64,000 nt of DNA, taken from the human T2T-CHM13v2.0 reference genome, Homo sapiens. The stretch lies in the NCBI RefSeq assembly GCF_009914755.1, contig NC_060946.1; one strand, given 5' to 3'. Made by a program: the position numbers and the translations under genes. The notes beneath the pieces were generated by a model, which made no database searches, was not told where the DNA came from, and saw only the letters and a list, made by a program, of their open reading frames with translations. This document shows positions 43,258-58,714 of this stretch, in pieces. How positions within the stretch are numbered: position 1 is the stretch's first letter; the number at the start of each line of letters is the position of its first letter.

Positions 43258-45159
43258 TAGCTAGGCTGAGTCCTGACTGCACTTTTTGTTGTTGTTGTTG
43301 TTGTTAGCTATGTTCATATTATATTCATTTTATTTTACTTTTATTTTTATTTTTCAAGTGTGACTGCAAGTTTTGACAGCTGTGTGGCTTTGAACATGCT
43401 TGTTGAACCCTCAGAGCCTTGTCCTCATCAGTAAATGGGGATAATGAGATAGCTCCTAGCTCACAGAATTGTGAGGATTCAATATGGTAATGTACCTTAA
43501 CAACAAAAACAACACACAAACACACACATGATGTCTAGAGTGTGGTTAGTGCTCATAAAGTTACATAACTGTATCATTAATGATGTCACAATCCAATGAA
43601 GAGAGACAGGTATGCACAAATACATGCCATACAATGTGAGCAACAGTTCAAATGCCACCTCCTACATGTAGCCCTCTGGGCTGTCTCTCAGTCCCTGGCA
43701 GGAGGTGACAGGCTCCTTCTGGAAGCCCTATAGCATTCGGCCCCTCTCTCCATCACATCCCTACCCTTGTCTTTCTGTGACTGTTCGTTGTGATTGTTTA
43801 TAGAGCTTCTTCCACACTGGTCTGCCAGTAGTAGACATGTGGAAATTCCTCTGTAAATTAGCAAGCACATCCCCTCTAGGTCCCCTCTAAGGGTGGGATT
43901 CTGTGAGAAGATCTGAAGTTGTGGCTTCTGTCTGGGCCCATCACAGAAGGCTTCAGGGAGGGGATGATGTCTGAGCTAGGTCATAAAGCCTGTGGACAAT
44001 TTGGAACAGCAGCAGTAGCCATTTCAAGAGCAGTCAAAAGGGGAGAGAGCCTGGCAGGCTGAGACCTCAGCAAGCAGCCAGAAGCATAGAGAGTGTGGGG
44101 CAGCTGGATGGGGGGCCCTGCTCCCCTCCTAAGAGTCTCTACAACCTGGAGCAAACACCTCTGCTCTCTGGGCTCCAGTCTCTCCTCTCAGTGTACTGAG
44201 AGGGCTTTGCTAGATAAGGGTCCCTGCCAGTTTGGATATTTCAGTGGCTTCTTTGACCTGCCCCCTCGTGGAGCCCCAGACAAGTGTGAGGGTTTCCCAG
44301 CTCAGACAGCACCCGCCCAGTGAGAGCCAGCACATGTCCTCTCTGTTCTGGAGGGTTTAGTTGGAGGATAGTTCAGTTTTGGGGTAGGGAGGCAAGACCA
44401 CTTGCCCAGTCCCAGGTGTATTTTCCAGAATGTGTATCTGCCAGGGCAGGATGGTCTATGAACAAAGGCTTGGAATAGCTGTCTGTCCTCAGGCATAGCT
44501 GGGATTCCAGAAGACCCAGGCCTCACCCAGGCGGGCAGGGGCGGGGCTCAGGGTACCGTCCTGGCATGTTCTAGGCATGCCTCTGGCCCAGCAAGGAGGG
44601 AACACGGTGAAGCAACTGCCACTCCAGCGACCAGCGCCTTCCACTGCCCCAGGCCCCAGCTCCAGAGGTCCCACAATGCTTCCATTGTCCACTGCTCTGC
44701 CCGGCTGCCCCCCAGGGAGCAGCTCAGAGCCAAGAACCTGGGCAGGGCCCTGATTCCTGGGGCACAGACTGGGTAGAAGAGAGAAGAGCAGAGTGGTCAG
44801 ATTCACAGAAAACAGCCATGGAACTTGGAGAATTCCACCCTAAGAATCCTAGAATCGGCTGGGCAGGGTGGCTTATGCCTATAATCCCAATATTTTGGGA
44901 AGCCAAGGCATGTGGATCATGAGGTCAGGAGTTCAAGACCAGCCTGGCCAACATGGTGAAACCCCGTCTCTACTAAAAATACAAAAATTAGCCAGACGTA
45001 GTGACGAGTGCCTGTAATCCCAGCTACTTAGGAGGCTGAGGCAGGAGAATCACTTGAACCCAGGAGGTGGAGGTTGCAGTGAGCTGAGATATGCCATTGC
45101 ACTCTAGCCTGGGTAACAGAGTGAGACTCTGTCTCAGAAAAACAAAAAACAAAAAACCC

Positions 45160-45853
<694 letters not shown>

Positions 45854-45967
45854 TGAAAAAAATAATTTTTTTCTTTTTTGAGACGGAGTCTTAAAATGTT
45901 TCTCAGCACACTGGATCCAAAGTAAGGATGATGAGATTCTATGTTGGGAAAACATTTAAACCTTGGC

Positions 45968-46890
<923 letters not shown>

Positions 46891-47351
46891 AAGTTCTTGT
46901 TTTTAATCTTGCTTTTGTACCTCCCTCCTGCAAAGCCATGCTACAAAGCCTGTTGGCTGGAAGAATGGTGTGTGGAGAAACACGACCGTCTGCCTCAAAC
47001 TGTCAAGGGCTTCCTTTGGGTTCCCGTGGTTCCTCTGGTTTCCTTTTCCCCGCCTTTATTAGGCTACAGGCAGAATTGTTTATGGAACTGTTTCCTTCCC
47101 TGGCCTAGCCAGTCCTTCCCTGCCAGGATCCTGCCCCATGGCTAGACACCTGCAGCTGTTACCTGGGAAGAAATCAGAAAGGATTCAGCCAGATGCAGGG
47201 GCTTGTGCATATAACTTCAGCATTTTGCGAGGCCAAAGCAGGTGGATTGCTTGAGTCCAGGAGTTCAAGATCAGCCTGGGCAACATAGTGAGACTCCCGT
47301 CTCTACAAAAAATAAACAAAATTATCTGGGTGTGGTGGTGCATGCCTGTTA

Positions 47352-47468
<117 letters not shown>

Positions 47469-48415
47469 TCAAAAAAAGAGAGAAAGGATTCAAACTCTAC
47501 CTATACTGACAGCTCTCACCTGTTTGCATTCAGCTTGCTTCCCTGGGAGTTAGGTGTTCTTCAGCCTAAATGATGTTACCATCTCAAAGAGGTGTTCCCT
47601 GGCTATGCTATCTGTCCCCATCATTCTCTGTCACAGCACCAGTCACCACCTGAGGTTCTCCTTGTTTTTGTTTTGTTTTGTTTTGAGACAGGGTCTCACT
47701 CTGTTGCCCAGACTGGAGGACAATGGCACGATCTTGGCTCACTGCAACCTCCGCCTCCCCAGGCTCAAGTGATTCTCCTGTCTCAGCCTCCCGAGTAGCT
47801 GGAATTACAGGCACACACCACACCCAGCTAATTTTTGTATTTTTAGTAGAGATGGGGTTTCACCATGTTGACCAGGCTGGTTTCAAACTACTGACCTCAA
47901 ATGATCCACCCGCCTCAGCCTCCCAAAGTGCTGGGATTACAGGCGTGAGCCACTGCGCCCAGCCTGTTTTTTGTTTTTTGTGTTTTTTGAGACAGAGTCT
48001 CACTTTGTCGCCCAGACTGGAGGGCAGTGGCGCAGTGTCAGTTCACTGCAACCTCTCCTCCCTGGTGCAAGCAATTCTCCTGCCTCAGCCTCCTGAGTAG
48101 CTGGGATTACAGGTGTGTGCCACCACACCTGGCTAATTTTTGTATTTTTAGTAAAGACGGATTTTCACCATGTGGGCCAGGCTGGTCTTGAATTCCTGAC
48201 CTCAAGTGATCCACCTGCTTCAGCCTCCCGAAGTGCTGGGATTACAGGGTGTGCCACTGTGCCCGGCCTCCTTGTTGTTTACTTGTTTACAGCTCCTGGC
48301 CCCCAACAGGTGCTCAGTAAATATTGTTGAATCCATGCTTGACTATAAATGTGTGAACAAGGTGTGGAAGGCTGTTTCACACCGACAACTGCAGCTACTT
48401 CTTAGGAGGGGACTA

Positions 48416-48760
<345 letters not shown>

Positions 48761-49376
48761 TCAAAAAAAGACAGGGTCTCCCTATATTGCCCAGGCTGGT
48801 TTAGTCTTGAACTCCTGGCCTTGGCCTCCCAAAGTGTTGGGATTACAGGCATGAGCCACCGTGCCTGGCCCCATTTCTTAATTGATAGTTAAAAATAAAA
48901 CAAAACAGCACTGAATTAAGGGCCCAAGTCTCTCAATTCTAATCCCGAAATTATAGCATGATTTTGGGCAAGTGCCCTACTCACCTATCTCTGTGGCTTC
49001 TGATCTCACCTGTAAACACACAGACCCACCTTCCACCTGAACCCTGGATTTACAGTCTGCACAGCATTTTCTCATCCATTATCTCACCTTGTTACCCACA
49101 ACCCTGGGATTCAGGCAAAGCAAGTATTATCATCCTCATTTTATAGGGTAAGAAATTGGGGTTCATGAGGGTGAGTTGTCTGGCCTGCGGTCACACACTG
49201 TGGTCGTACAGGTCCTTACTTCGAAACATTGTGAGCTGACTCAGATAATGAGTTTATAAAGCCCACAAATGGCTAATGGGGGTGACCAGGCTGTGCTGTG
49301 TAAGCTATTAGTATGGCAACAGGATCAGATATGGAGCTGTCTTCAGGGACCTAAAGGGAGCCCTTTAGGCTAGTGA

Positions 49377-49601
<225 letters not shown>

Positions 49602-49627
49602 TAGCCAGGCTGGTCTCGATCTCCTGA

Positions 49628-49918
<291 letters not shown>

Positions 49919-50962
49919 TGATCCGCCCACCTTGGCCTCCCAAAGTGCTGGGATTACAGTGAGCCACCGCGCCTGGCCCAATTTTTTGTATTTTTAGTAC
50001 AGACGGGGTTTCACTATGTTGGCCAGGCTGTTCTCAAGCTCTTGACCTCAGGTGATCCACCTGCCTCGGCCTCCCAAAATGCTGGGATTACAGGTATGAG
50101 CCATGGTGCCCAACCCCGCCCCCCTTAGGTTTTAATGAGAGTCCTGGGTGGTCTTTGAAGGCCTAGGTGGATGCTGGTGTCAGGATCCTGAACCCAAGTC
50201 CCTGATTTCATAAAAAGCATCCGGAATCCTGCTTTCCTGCCACTGTTATCCCACAGGGGACAGGGCAGGAGTTGGCAGCTCAGGGCTGGTGAGAAGTCCA
50301 GAGGGCTAGCCAGGCACTCTGGCCATGCTCTTCCTAGGTGGCCTGAGAGTCCATATACTGAGCCAAGATGGCGGCCTTCCAGTTGCAGGAGTGTTAGGCC
50401 AGCCCAGATTGGCAAGCTGGGTTCTCCAGGCCCTGGGCCAGTATTCTGGACTGGGACTCAGTGGACTTTGAAGAGGTAGAATTCCCTAAGTCGGCCTCTC
50501 TCCTTGATAATTTACCCAGAATGGCCCAGATGACAATCTGGGTACAAAATATTTCAGTCCATTTCATCATGTTTACCAAGTACCAGGAGTCAATAGAATT
50601 TATGAGTGATAACTAAAGGGTAAGGCACTTTACATCTTAATCCTCTCAGCCACCTTGTAAAGCAGGTATTATCTCCATTTTTAAGTCGTGGAAACTGAGG
50701 TCCAGGGAGGCACAAGATCACATGACTAAGGGAGTGGGGAAAGCCAGGATTGGAGATTGGGTTAATAGGGCTCCAAAATGCCTGATCTTTCCACTCCCCT
50801 GAGTGCTCAGGGGTGATGAAGATGACTAAGACCCTGTTCCTTCCCTTGGGAGGGAGCGAAATACCCACTCCAGCTAACTATTGCATGGGTCAGGGTGACA
50901 TCACCACCTCTGCAGCAGATGGAGGCTGATTCATCTGTGGGAGAGTCAGGAGGGGCCTCTGC

Positions 50963-51013
50963 GGAAGGGTCGGCTGGCTGGAAGGGTTGGCTGGCTGGAA
51001 GGGTCGGTTGGCT
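50963..51013. repeat. 17-bp minisatellite, 3 copies (ggaagggtyggytggct)
   Basis: Units at 50963, 50980 and 50997. Confidence 0.9.
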
Positions 51014-51479
51014 GGCGGGGGTTTTGAAGACGGCAAAGATAGAGAATGAGCCTTGGGGAGGTTCCAGGGCCAGATACAAACTGCCTGTATGCCTCCCAGG
51101 CAGGGGCCTCCTTGGCCTAGGTCCTTCCCATAGGAACTCAAACCACCACCACACTAACCATGGCTGAGGGGACCCGGCAGGCCGCAGTGGGGAGGGACGA
51201 GATCCCTGAGCTTACACAGGGGCTGAGGGGAGCTCAGTGAATCACCTAGGGGACACCTGGACCAAAGGTGGCGGAGGGGCGCATGGGTCTCCCTGCCAAG
51301 CTATGGGGGAGGGGATGGTGGACATGACAACTTCCAGCTCAGCGGTGCTTTAGGGTGGGGAGCCGGGATGAGGGAAGCTGGTGGCTATCCGGGGGGGGGT
51401 GCTCTGAGGTCTGCAGGGGAACTGCCTCCCCAAAGTTTCAAGCTAGGGGTGGAAGGGGGGATTTGCGGTCATTAGGAGC

Positions 51480-52500
51480 GGGAAGGAGGCCGGATGGGAG
51501 CACGAGGTGTCCCGCCTCCAAAGGGTGGAGGGCTCCCGGTGGGTGGCGCGGCGGCGGCCGCGGCGGTGAAGTCATCGTGGGGAGTGGTCCGCTTGCGGCG
51601 GGTGCGGGGGCTTCGCGGGCACCCAGTGGAGCAGCGGGAGCCCGGCGCCGTCGAGGGGCGGGCGATGGGGCGCCGGCCCGTCTTGGTAGGGGTGGGCTCC
51701 GCACTGGAGGCGGAGCTGCTGCTGGGTGGGGCGCGCCTCCGGCGCGGACGGAGGCGGCGGGACGCCCGCTCCCACGACCGGCCCACAATGAGGCGAGCGG
51801 GCAGCGCGGAGTAGGCGGCGGCCGGCCGGGCCGGGCCACGCGGCGGCGCTGCTCGGGCAGGTTAGGGCAGGGCCGCGGGGCGCCCGAGCGAGGACACCGC
51901 GGCCCCGCCTCCGCCCCTCCCCTCGCCTGCCGGTCGGCGCCCGAGCTCGGAGCCGCAGCCGCAGCCGGAAACCGGGCCCGCGCGGCGGCCGCCGTCCCGG
52001 CCAAGCCGGGGCCCCGAAGCCAGAGCCGGAGCCGGGCGGGCCGCGGGGTCATGGCTGGGCCGCGGGGCGCGCTGCTGGCCTGGTGCCGCCGCCAGTGCGA
52101 GGGCTACCGCGGCGTGGAGATCCGCGACCTGAGCAGCTCCTTCCGGGACGGCCTGGCCTTCTGCGCCATCCTGCACCGGCACCGGCCCGACCTGCTGTGA
52201 GTGCGGGGCCCCGGGCGAGCGGGCGGCGCGGGGCGGGCTGGGGCCGCGACCGCCGCCCCCCCTCAGTAACACGAAGCCCGGGCGGTGACAGGCGCCGCCC
52301 CCGGACACGGAGACGCCGACCCCCCCGACGGCCCCGGACGCCGGGCGGGTCCCTGAGACCCCGGCCCAGGGCGCCCCTCCCCCGCCCGGCCGCCCTGACC
52401 CCGCCCGTGGGATCCCGAACTCTCCCCCGAGGCTGGTCCCTCCGCGGGGACACTGGCCCCGCCCACAAAGCGCTGATTTCCGCCGAGGATCGCTGAACCC
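51480..52500. promoter_or_regulatory. MICALL1: CpG island / TATA-less promoter of MICALL1
   Basis: Very GC- and CpG-rich, repeat-free; GC boxes (GCCCCGCC 51902, CTCCGCCCC about 51909, GCCCCGCCC 52456); overlaps exon 1. Confidence 0.92.
52051..52196 (+). CDS. MICALL1: MICALL1 exon 1, coding part (146 nt): [48 protein letters not shown](L), start of CH domain
   Basis: ATG in good context (gtcATGg), CH-domain motif ([19 protein letters not shown]), donor CT|gtgagt. Confidence 0.96.
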
Positions 52501-53901
52501 CTAAGCCCTTGACCTCTTTGAAGGGGTGTTGAGCCCTCTTTGGGGGCCCTGGGCCTCTCCTACCCTAAACTCTTCTCCACGGGCTCGCCGGGCCTCCCCT
52601 CTCCCCCGAGGCTTCCCACTCGGGGTGGCCCCTTGCTCCGGGTGTGCAGGTGAACCCCCACTTCTCTGACCCCCAAATAGGAGCTTGTCTCCGGACAGTA
52701 GCACAGTTCCCGGCACAGAGGAGACCTCGGCTAACAGGTGTTGGATGAATGGATGTACAGACCCTGTGCTTTCCCCACGCCCCCCAACTTAGGACGCAGC
52801 CCTGCCTCCCGGGTGTGTGCTCGATGGCCCTGCAGCCCTCCTCAGTGGGGCACGCAGGTGGGGCGCGCAAGAGGAGTCACAGGCCGGCAATGTTGGGAAG
52901 ACTCCTAGGATCCGATTGATAGACACCAACCGGGTGCTGCAGGTTGTGAAATGGCCCCTTCCTGCCCAGAGCTGCCCAATGAGGTTCTCATGGGAAAATG
53001 CATTCAGACTCCCCGGAACAGTTGACTTGGAGCCTCTGTCTTTGCTCTCTCTGCCTTGAGCCCTGGAACCTCTCCTCCTTTCGTCCCTTCATTCCTAAAA
53101 CACTGGGTGAGTTTATCTGGTGCCATTCCTTGCACTTCAGGTCTCACCTGTGAATCAGGGAGGAGAGTTCTGGTCCCTACCCCTTTCGCATGCAGCCCTC
53201 TTGCCAGGGCTCCCCCAGCCTGGCAGATGGAGGCTTTCTGTGCCTGTTCCACCTCCAGATTTGCACTGTCCGAGGGCAGCATGTGGGAAGGCTTCTAAGG
53301 GATTGCCTCAGGATTCCATGATGCAGGTGCACCTGGTTTACCTGTATGTACCCTGCAGTACCGTGTCTGTGGGTGGTGGCTTGGGCCCTGGAGGAGAGGG
53401 TTTTGGGGCTGTGGATACAGAAGGGAACAAGATGAGGTGGTCATGTAGGTGGGCCCCTGCCCGCTGTGGGGCATGTGACACCCATACTAATGGAAGCACA
53501 AGGTTGATGCCTGGTTGCCCAGGAGCAGGGGGTAGAAGGATGGAGGAAAAGGGCACCAGGGTTAGACCTGGGCATTGGAAGGGAGGGCCCAAGGGGTCTT
53601 CTGTTTTGTTTGAGGGGCAGGAGTGAGGCAGGAAGCAGGGACAAACCCAGTGTGGGAGGGGACTTGGGTGTGAAGTGAAGCCATTTGGTGGGCCTGAGCC
53701 TGGTGGCATCAAAGTAAATAAAGGCCGCCTGGTTTGTGTTTAGCTTCTCCATGTCTTAGGCGCATGGCCTTGGGTCCTCATGGGCTCTCTCCAGGCATCA
53801 GTGTCCTCATCTGTGAGGTGGGATTGATAATGTGACACAGCTCACAGAAATGTGAGGATTGCATGAGATAACAAGCATTCATTTAACATTAGTTACTGTG
53901 A

Positions 53902-54240
<339 letters not shown>

Positions 54241-54563
54241 TGATTTCTTCATTTATTCAACCAGTATTTGTAGAGTCATATTGCTCTGTGCTGGACACTG
54301 TACCTGGTAATGGAAGTACCAATCGACAAAACAGGCAACCCTACACGCTCTCCCACACCTGTAGGGGAAACGTGTATAAACGATGATGGCAATTCCATGT
54401 ACCCTATCAGAGGGCTGGGGGTGGGAGACCTCCTAGGGAGAATATAGTCTTCAAGGAGATGGCAGGAGCCAGGTGAGGGCTGCTGGGTGGACGTTCTGGC
54501 ATGGGACCCCATCTGAGCAAAGGCAAGGGGCGGGAGGTGTGTGCAAAGCTGGAGGCTGTGTAG

Positions 54564-55191
<628 letters not shown>

Positions 55192-57579
55192 TAGTCAGGA
55201 TGGTCTCAATCTCCTGACCTCGTGATCCACCTGCCTTGGCCTCCCAAAGTGCTGGGATTATAGGTGTGAGCCACCGCGCCTGGCCAACCACGTAGGTTTT
55301 AAGCAAGGGAGGGATGTGGCTGGAAAAAATGTGCAGGGGAGGGTGGCTCCGCTTCTGAGATCCAGAATCATGTCCAGGCATTCATTTGCAATATTGCCAG
55401 CGCATTGCACAGGAGAGAAGCTGAGGCCCAGGTCCCACATAATGTGTAGGGAAGTCCTCAGTGATGGGTTGGGAGGATCTCCGTGAGAGTAGGAGTGGCC
55501 TAGAGTGAGGGCAAGAATCATCTCCTAAATTGGTTCAGGCTTCTGGGGCTGTGGGCCCTGCCTGGGTGAACCCAGTGTTGGCCCAGGGCTCTGCTGGGAC
55601 GAGGGTTGTGGGGGCTGGGCCATCCCTCCGCACCACCCGAAATCCAGACATGCTTAAGCTCCTTTGAGGGCGTGGACCATGTGGGTTTCATTTCTGTGTC
55701 CTTCATCTTCCCCAGAGCCAAGTAGAACTCCGCAGGCCTCTGAAGACTCTCAGAAAATATATGTGTTACCAAAACACAGATGTTAATTAGGGACAGAGAT
55801 GGGGGTGGAAGAAAACCTGCAGGATCCTGAAGGTTTTTTACAGTTTTCACACTGTTTTCAACATTGATTCATTCAACAAACATTTACGGAGCATCTTCGA
55901 AATTTGGGGAACTGTGTAGGGAGTTGGGGGCACAGAGTAGCTAGAATGTGACCCCAGCCTTCTTGGAACACTTCTGGGGTGACCGAAATAAACGGCTGAG
56001 ACAAGTTGCTTTTGTCTCATTTGGTCTTGGAAAAAGCCTCTGTTGGGGGCTGGGTACCATGGTGTTTTCCTCGCCCTGTTGCAGTGTCCTGAACCGGACC
56101 GGGAGACAGAGGTTTCGAGAGGTGAAACACCTTGCTAAGGTCGCACTCTGAGGCAGTGGCAGAAAAGGGGAGCTAGGGAGGCAGCCCAGGGGAGAAGGAA
56201 GTGGCCTGGTCAGAGTGGCAAAAAGGGAGCTGGTGCCCAGACATAGTCACCTTGCCTCTCCCCGTCCACCCAGCCCTGGGGCACCAGACCCCTTCCAAGG
56301 TCCTCAAGCAACTCTTTCCTGCCCAGGGTTCACAGTCCCTGGCCCCTGCCTGGAAAAGTGTTGGGGGCAGGAGGAGGGGGCTGTGCTTACCTGGCTCCCT
56401 CATATCTGCGAGGCCTGCCCTTTACCAAGCTGGGACTCCACCAGCTTGGGAGGTGGTATTAGTGCTTTTCCTGATTTGCACATGGGACAATGAATGCTGG
56501 AAGGACTGCTGATCCCCCCAACCCCATGGTCACATGGGAATTCAGCCCTCAGAGGCGGCGTGGCCTGCTCTTGCCTCTGCCCACCCATCTCCGGCAGTCA
56601 GGGCTGCAGTTTTCAGCCATAGAAGGGCAAGGCTGCATGCGGATGCACCCAGGAGGCTGCCCGGCGGGAAGACTGAGCTGTCTCTGCTGGTTTCAGCGGC
56701 CTGGAGTGGGGAGGGAGGAGGGGGATAAATAAAGCCTGCAGGCCAGCCAGCTGTCCCGTGCTGGGGCCCCCAGACAGGCCCTGCCACCTCTCACCTTTCC
56801 TAGTTTAGAAAATCCCTCACTGCTTCCCCAATGGAGGCTGCCCCAGGAGTGGCCCAGTGGGGCCAACCAGCTGTTCTATGCCAGCAGCTCCGGAGTATGT
56901 ACATTTCCACTCTGGTTCAAACTTGTTCTTCTATTCACGGCCCCATTAAGAAAAACATTCATCTGCAGGCTGGACCGGGTTGGGATGCAGCAAGTTGGTG
57001 TGGCTACTCCGAGTGTGTGACACACCTGCAGGGGCCTGTGAGCAGTGGGAGGGCCAGACATGTGGATTCCCAGGGCTGGTGGCTTCCTTTCTCCAGGCCT
57101 CAGTGTCCTCATCTATAAAATGAGATCAATTCTTGCCAAACAGAGTTGCTGTGAAAAGAAAGTAAATGAGACAGAGGAGCCCAGCACTGCGCCCTGGGGG
57201 AGGTCACATGCGGGTCTTAGTTATGTCTTTGCCACGGACTCCAGGGGTGGCTTCCTGCAGAGAGGCAAAGGATCTTAAGCTTGAAAGCCTGGGCTTGAGC
57301 CTCACCCCTTCCCAGTGATTTCCTAGCCTCTGCTTGGATGCCTCCAGGGCCCGTGATCTCATGCCCTGCCCTGCCCTGGCAGCTCCAGCTCTAGCAGCGA
57401 ATGTTTGCTGCCTCAGTTTCCCCCTTAGTAATCCACAGACTCCCCCCCAGCAACCCTGCTGAGGTTGATGCTGGCTGGGACAAGGTCTTCTCTGTTCAGC
57501 TCCTTTCTGACTCTGACCCCGCCCCTATTTCCCAGTCACCTCCCCTCTTGACCAACCCTCCTCCCTTTGCCTCTTGCAG

Positions 57580-57628
57580 AGATTTTGATTCGCTTTCCAA
57601 GGACAATGTCTTCGAGAATAACCGTTTG
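57580..57628 (+). CDS. MICALL1: MICALL1 exon 2 (49 nt): (L)DFDSLSKDNVFENNRL
   Basis: Acceptor ctcttgcag|A, donor TTG|gtaagt; continues the frame. Confidence 0.95.
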
Positions 57629-57663
57629 GTAAGTTCCCGGACAGGTGGAAGCCCAAGAGGCTC

Positions 57664-57692
57664 TGTGTATGTGTGTGTGTGTGTGTGTGTGT
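57664..57692 (+). repeat. (TG)n microsatellite in MICALL1 intron 2
   Basis: tgtgta followed by about (TG)11. Confidence 0.95.
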
Positions 57693-57978
57693 TTGGTGGG
57701 GAGGGCAGGGGTCTTGCACGGTGGCTGCCCTTGTACACCGGCCCTGGCTGCACCTTTCCCCACCCTCTGCTTCCCACCAGCCTCCTCATGCATGGAGCAC
57801 CAGGCTTCCCCTTTCTCCAGGCCATCCTGTGGTGCTTGGGTGGGATTAATACTGAGGGGAGCCCACAGTCACCCCATCCCACTGAAGGGAGCTGGGCCTA
57901 GGCTGAGGGGTCGCCCCCTAACGCCTCCTCCTCTTCCTGCTTCGGCTGCTCCCGCCCTTGTACCTGTCACCACCCCAG

Positions 57979-58120
57979 GCCTTTGAAGTGGCTGAGAAGG
58001 AGCTGGGGATCCCCGCTCTCCTGGACCCCAATGACATGGTCTCCATGAGCGTCCCTGACTGCCTCAGCATCATGACCTATGTGTCCCAGTATTACAACCA
58101 CTTCTGCAGTCCTGGCCAAG
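57979..58120 (+). CDS. MICALL1: MICALL1 exon 3 (142 nt): [21 protein letters not shown]...[10 protein letters not shown](A), end of CH domain
   Basis: Acceptor caccccag|GCC, donor G|gtgaga; CH C-terminal motif [14 protein letters not shown]. Confidence 0.96.
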
Positions 58121-58609
58121 GTGAGAGGGGGACTCAGCGTTTCACGGAGGCTGGCCCAGGGGGTGGCCCTGGGGATGTCTGATGCTTGCTACTGGTTTTC
58201 TGAGTTGTAAACAGGCTGCTGAGGAGTGTGTCATTCATTTACTTATTCATTAATTCACTCATTGAAATATTTCTTTTTTTTTTTGAGACAGAGTTTCGCT
58301 CTTTTTTTTTTTGAGATGGAGTCTTGCCCTGTCACCCAGGCTGGATTGCGATGGCACGATCTCGGCTCACTGCAACCTCCGCCTCCTGGGTTTAACCTCC
58401 TGCCTCAGACTCCCAAGTAGCTGGGATTACAGGCACCCGGCACCACGCCCGGCTAATTTTTTGTGTCTTTAGTAGAGACAGGGTTTCACTATGTTGGCCA
58501 GGCTGGTCTCAAACTCTTGACCTCGTGATCTGCCCGCCTTGGCCTCCCCAAGTGCTGGGATTACAGGCGTGAGCCACTGTGCCCAGTCCCACTTTTTTTT
58601 TTTTTTTGA

Positions 58610-58714
<105 letters not shown>

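Noticed and set aside
51438-52496. Long Arg/Pro/Gly/Ala-rich ORFs on both strands of the CpG island
   Set aside because: Stop codons are rare at this GC content; no domain signal other than the real MICALL1 exon 1.
56725-56733. ATAAATAAA (TATA-like or AATAAA) in MICALL1 intron 1
   Set aside because: No clear downstream GU-rich element or other promoter evidence.
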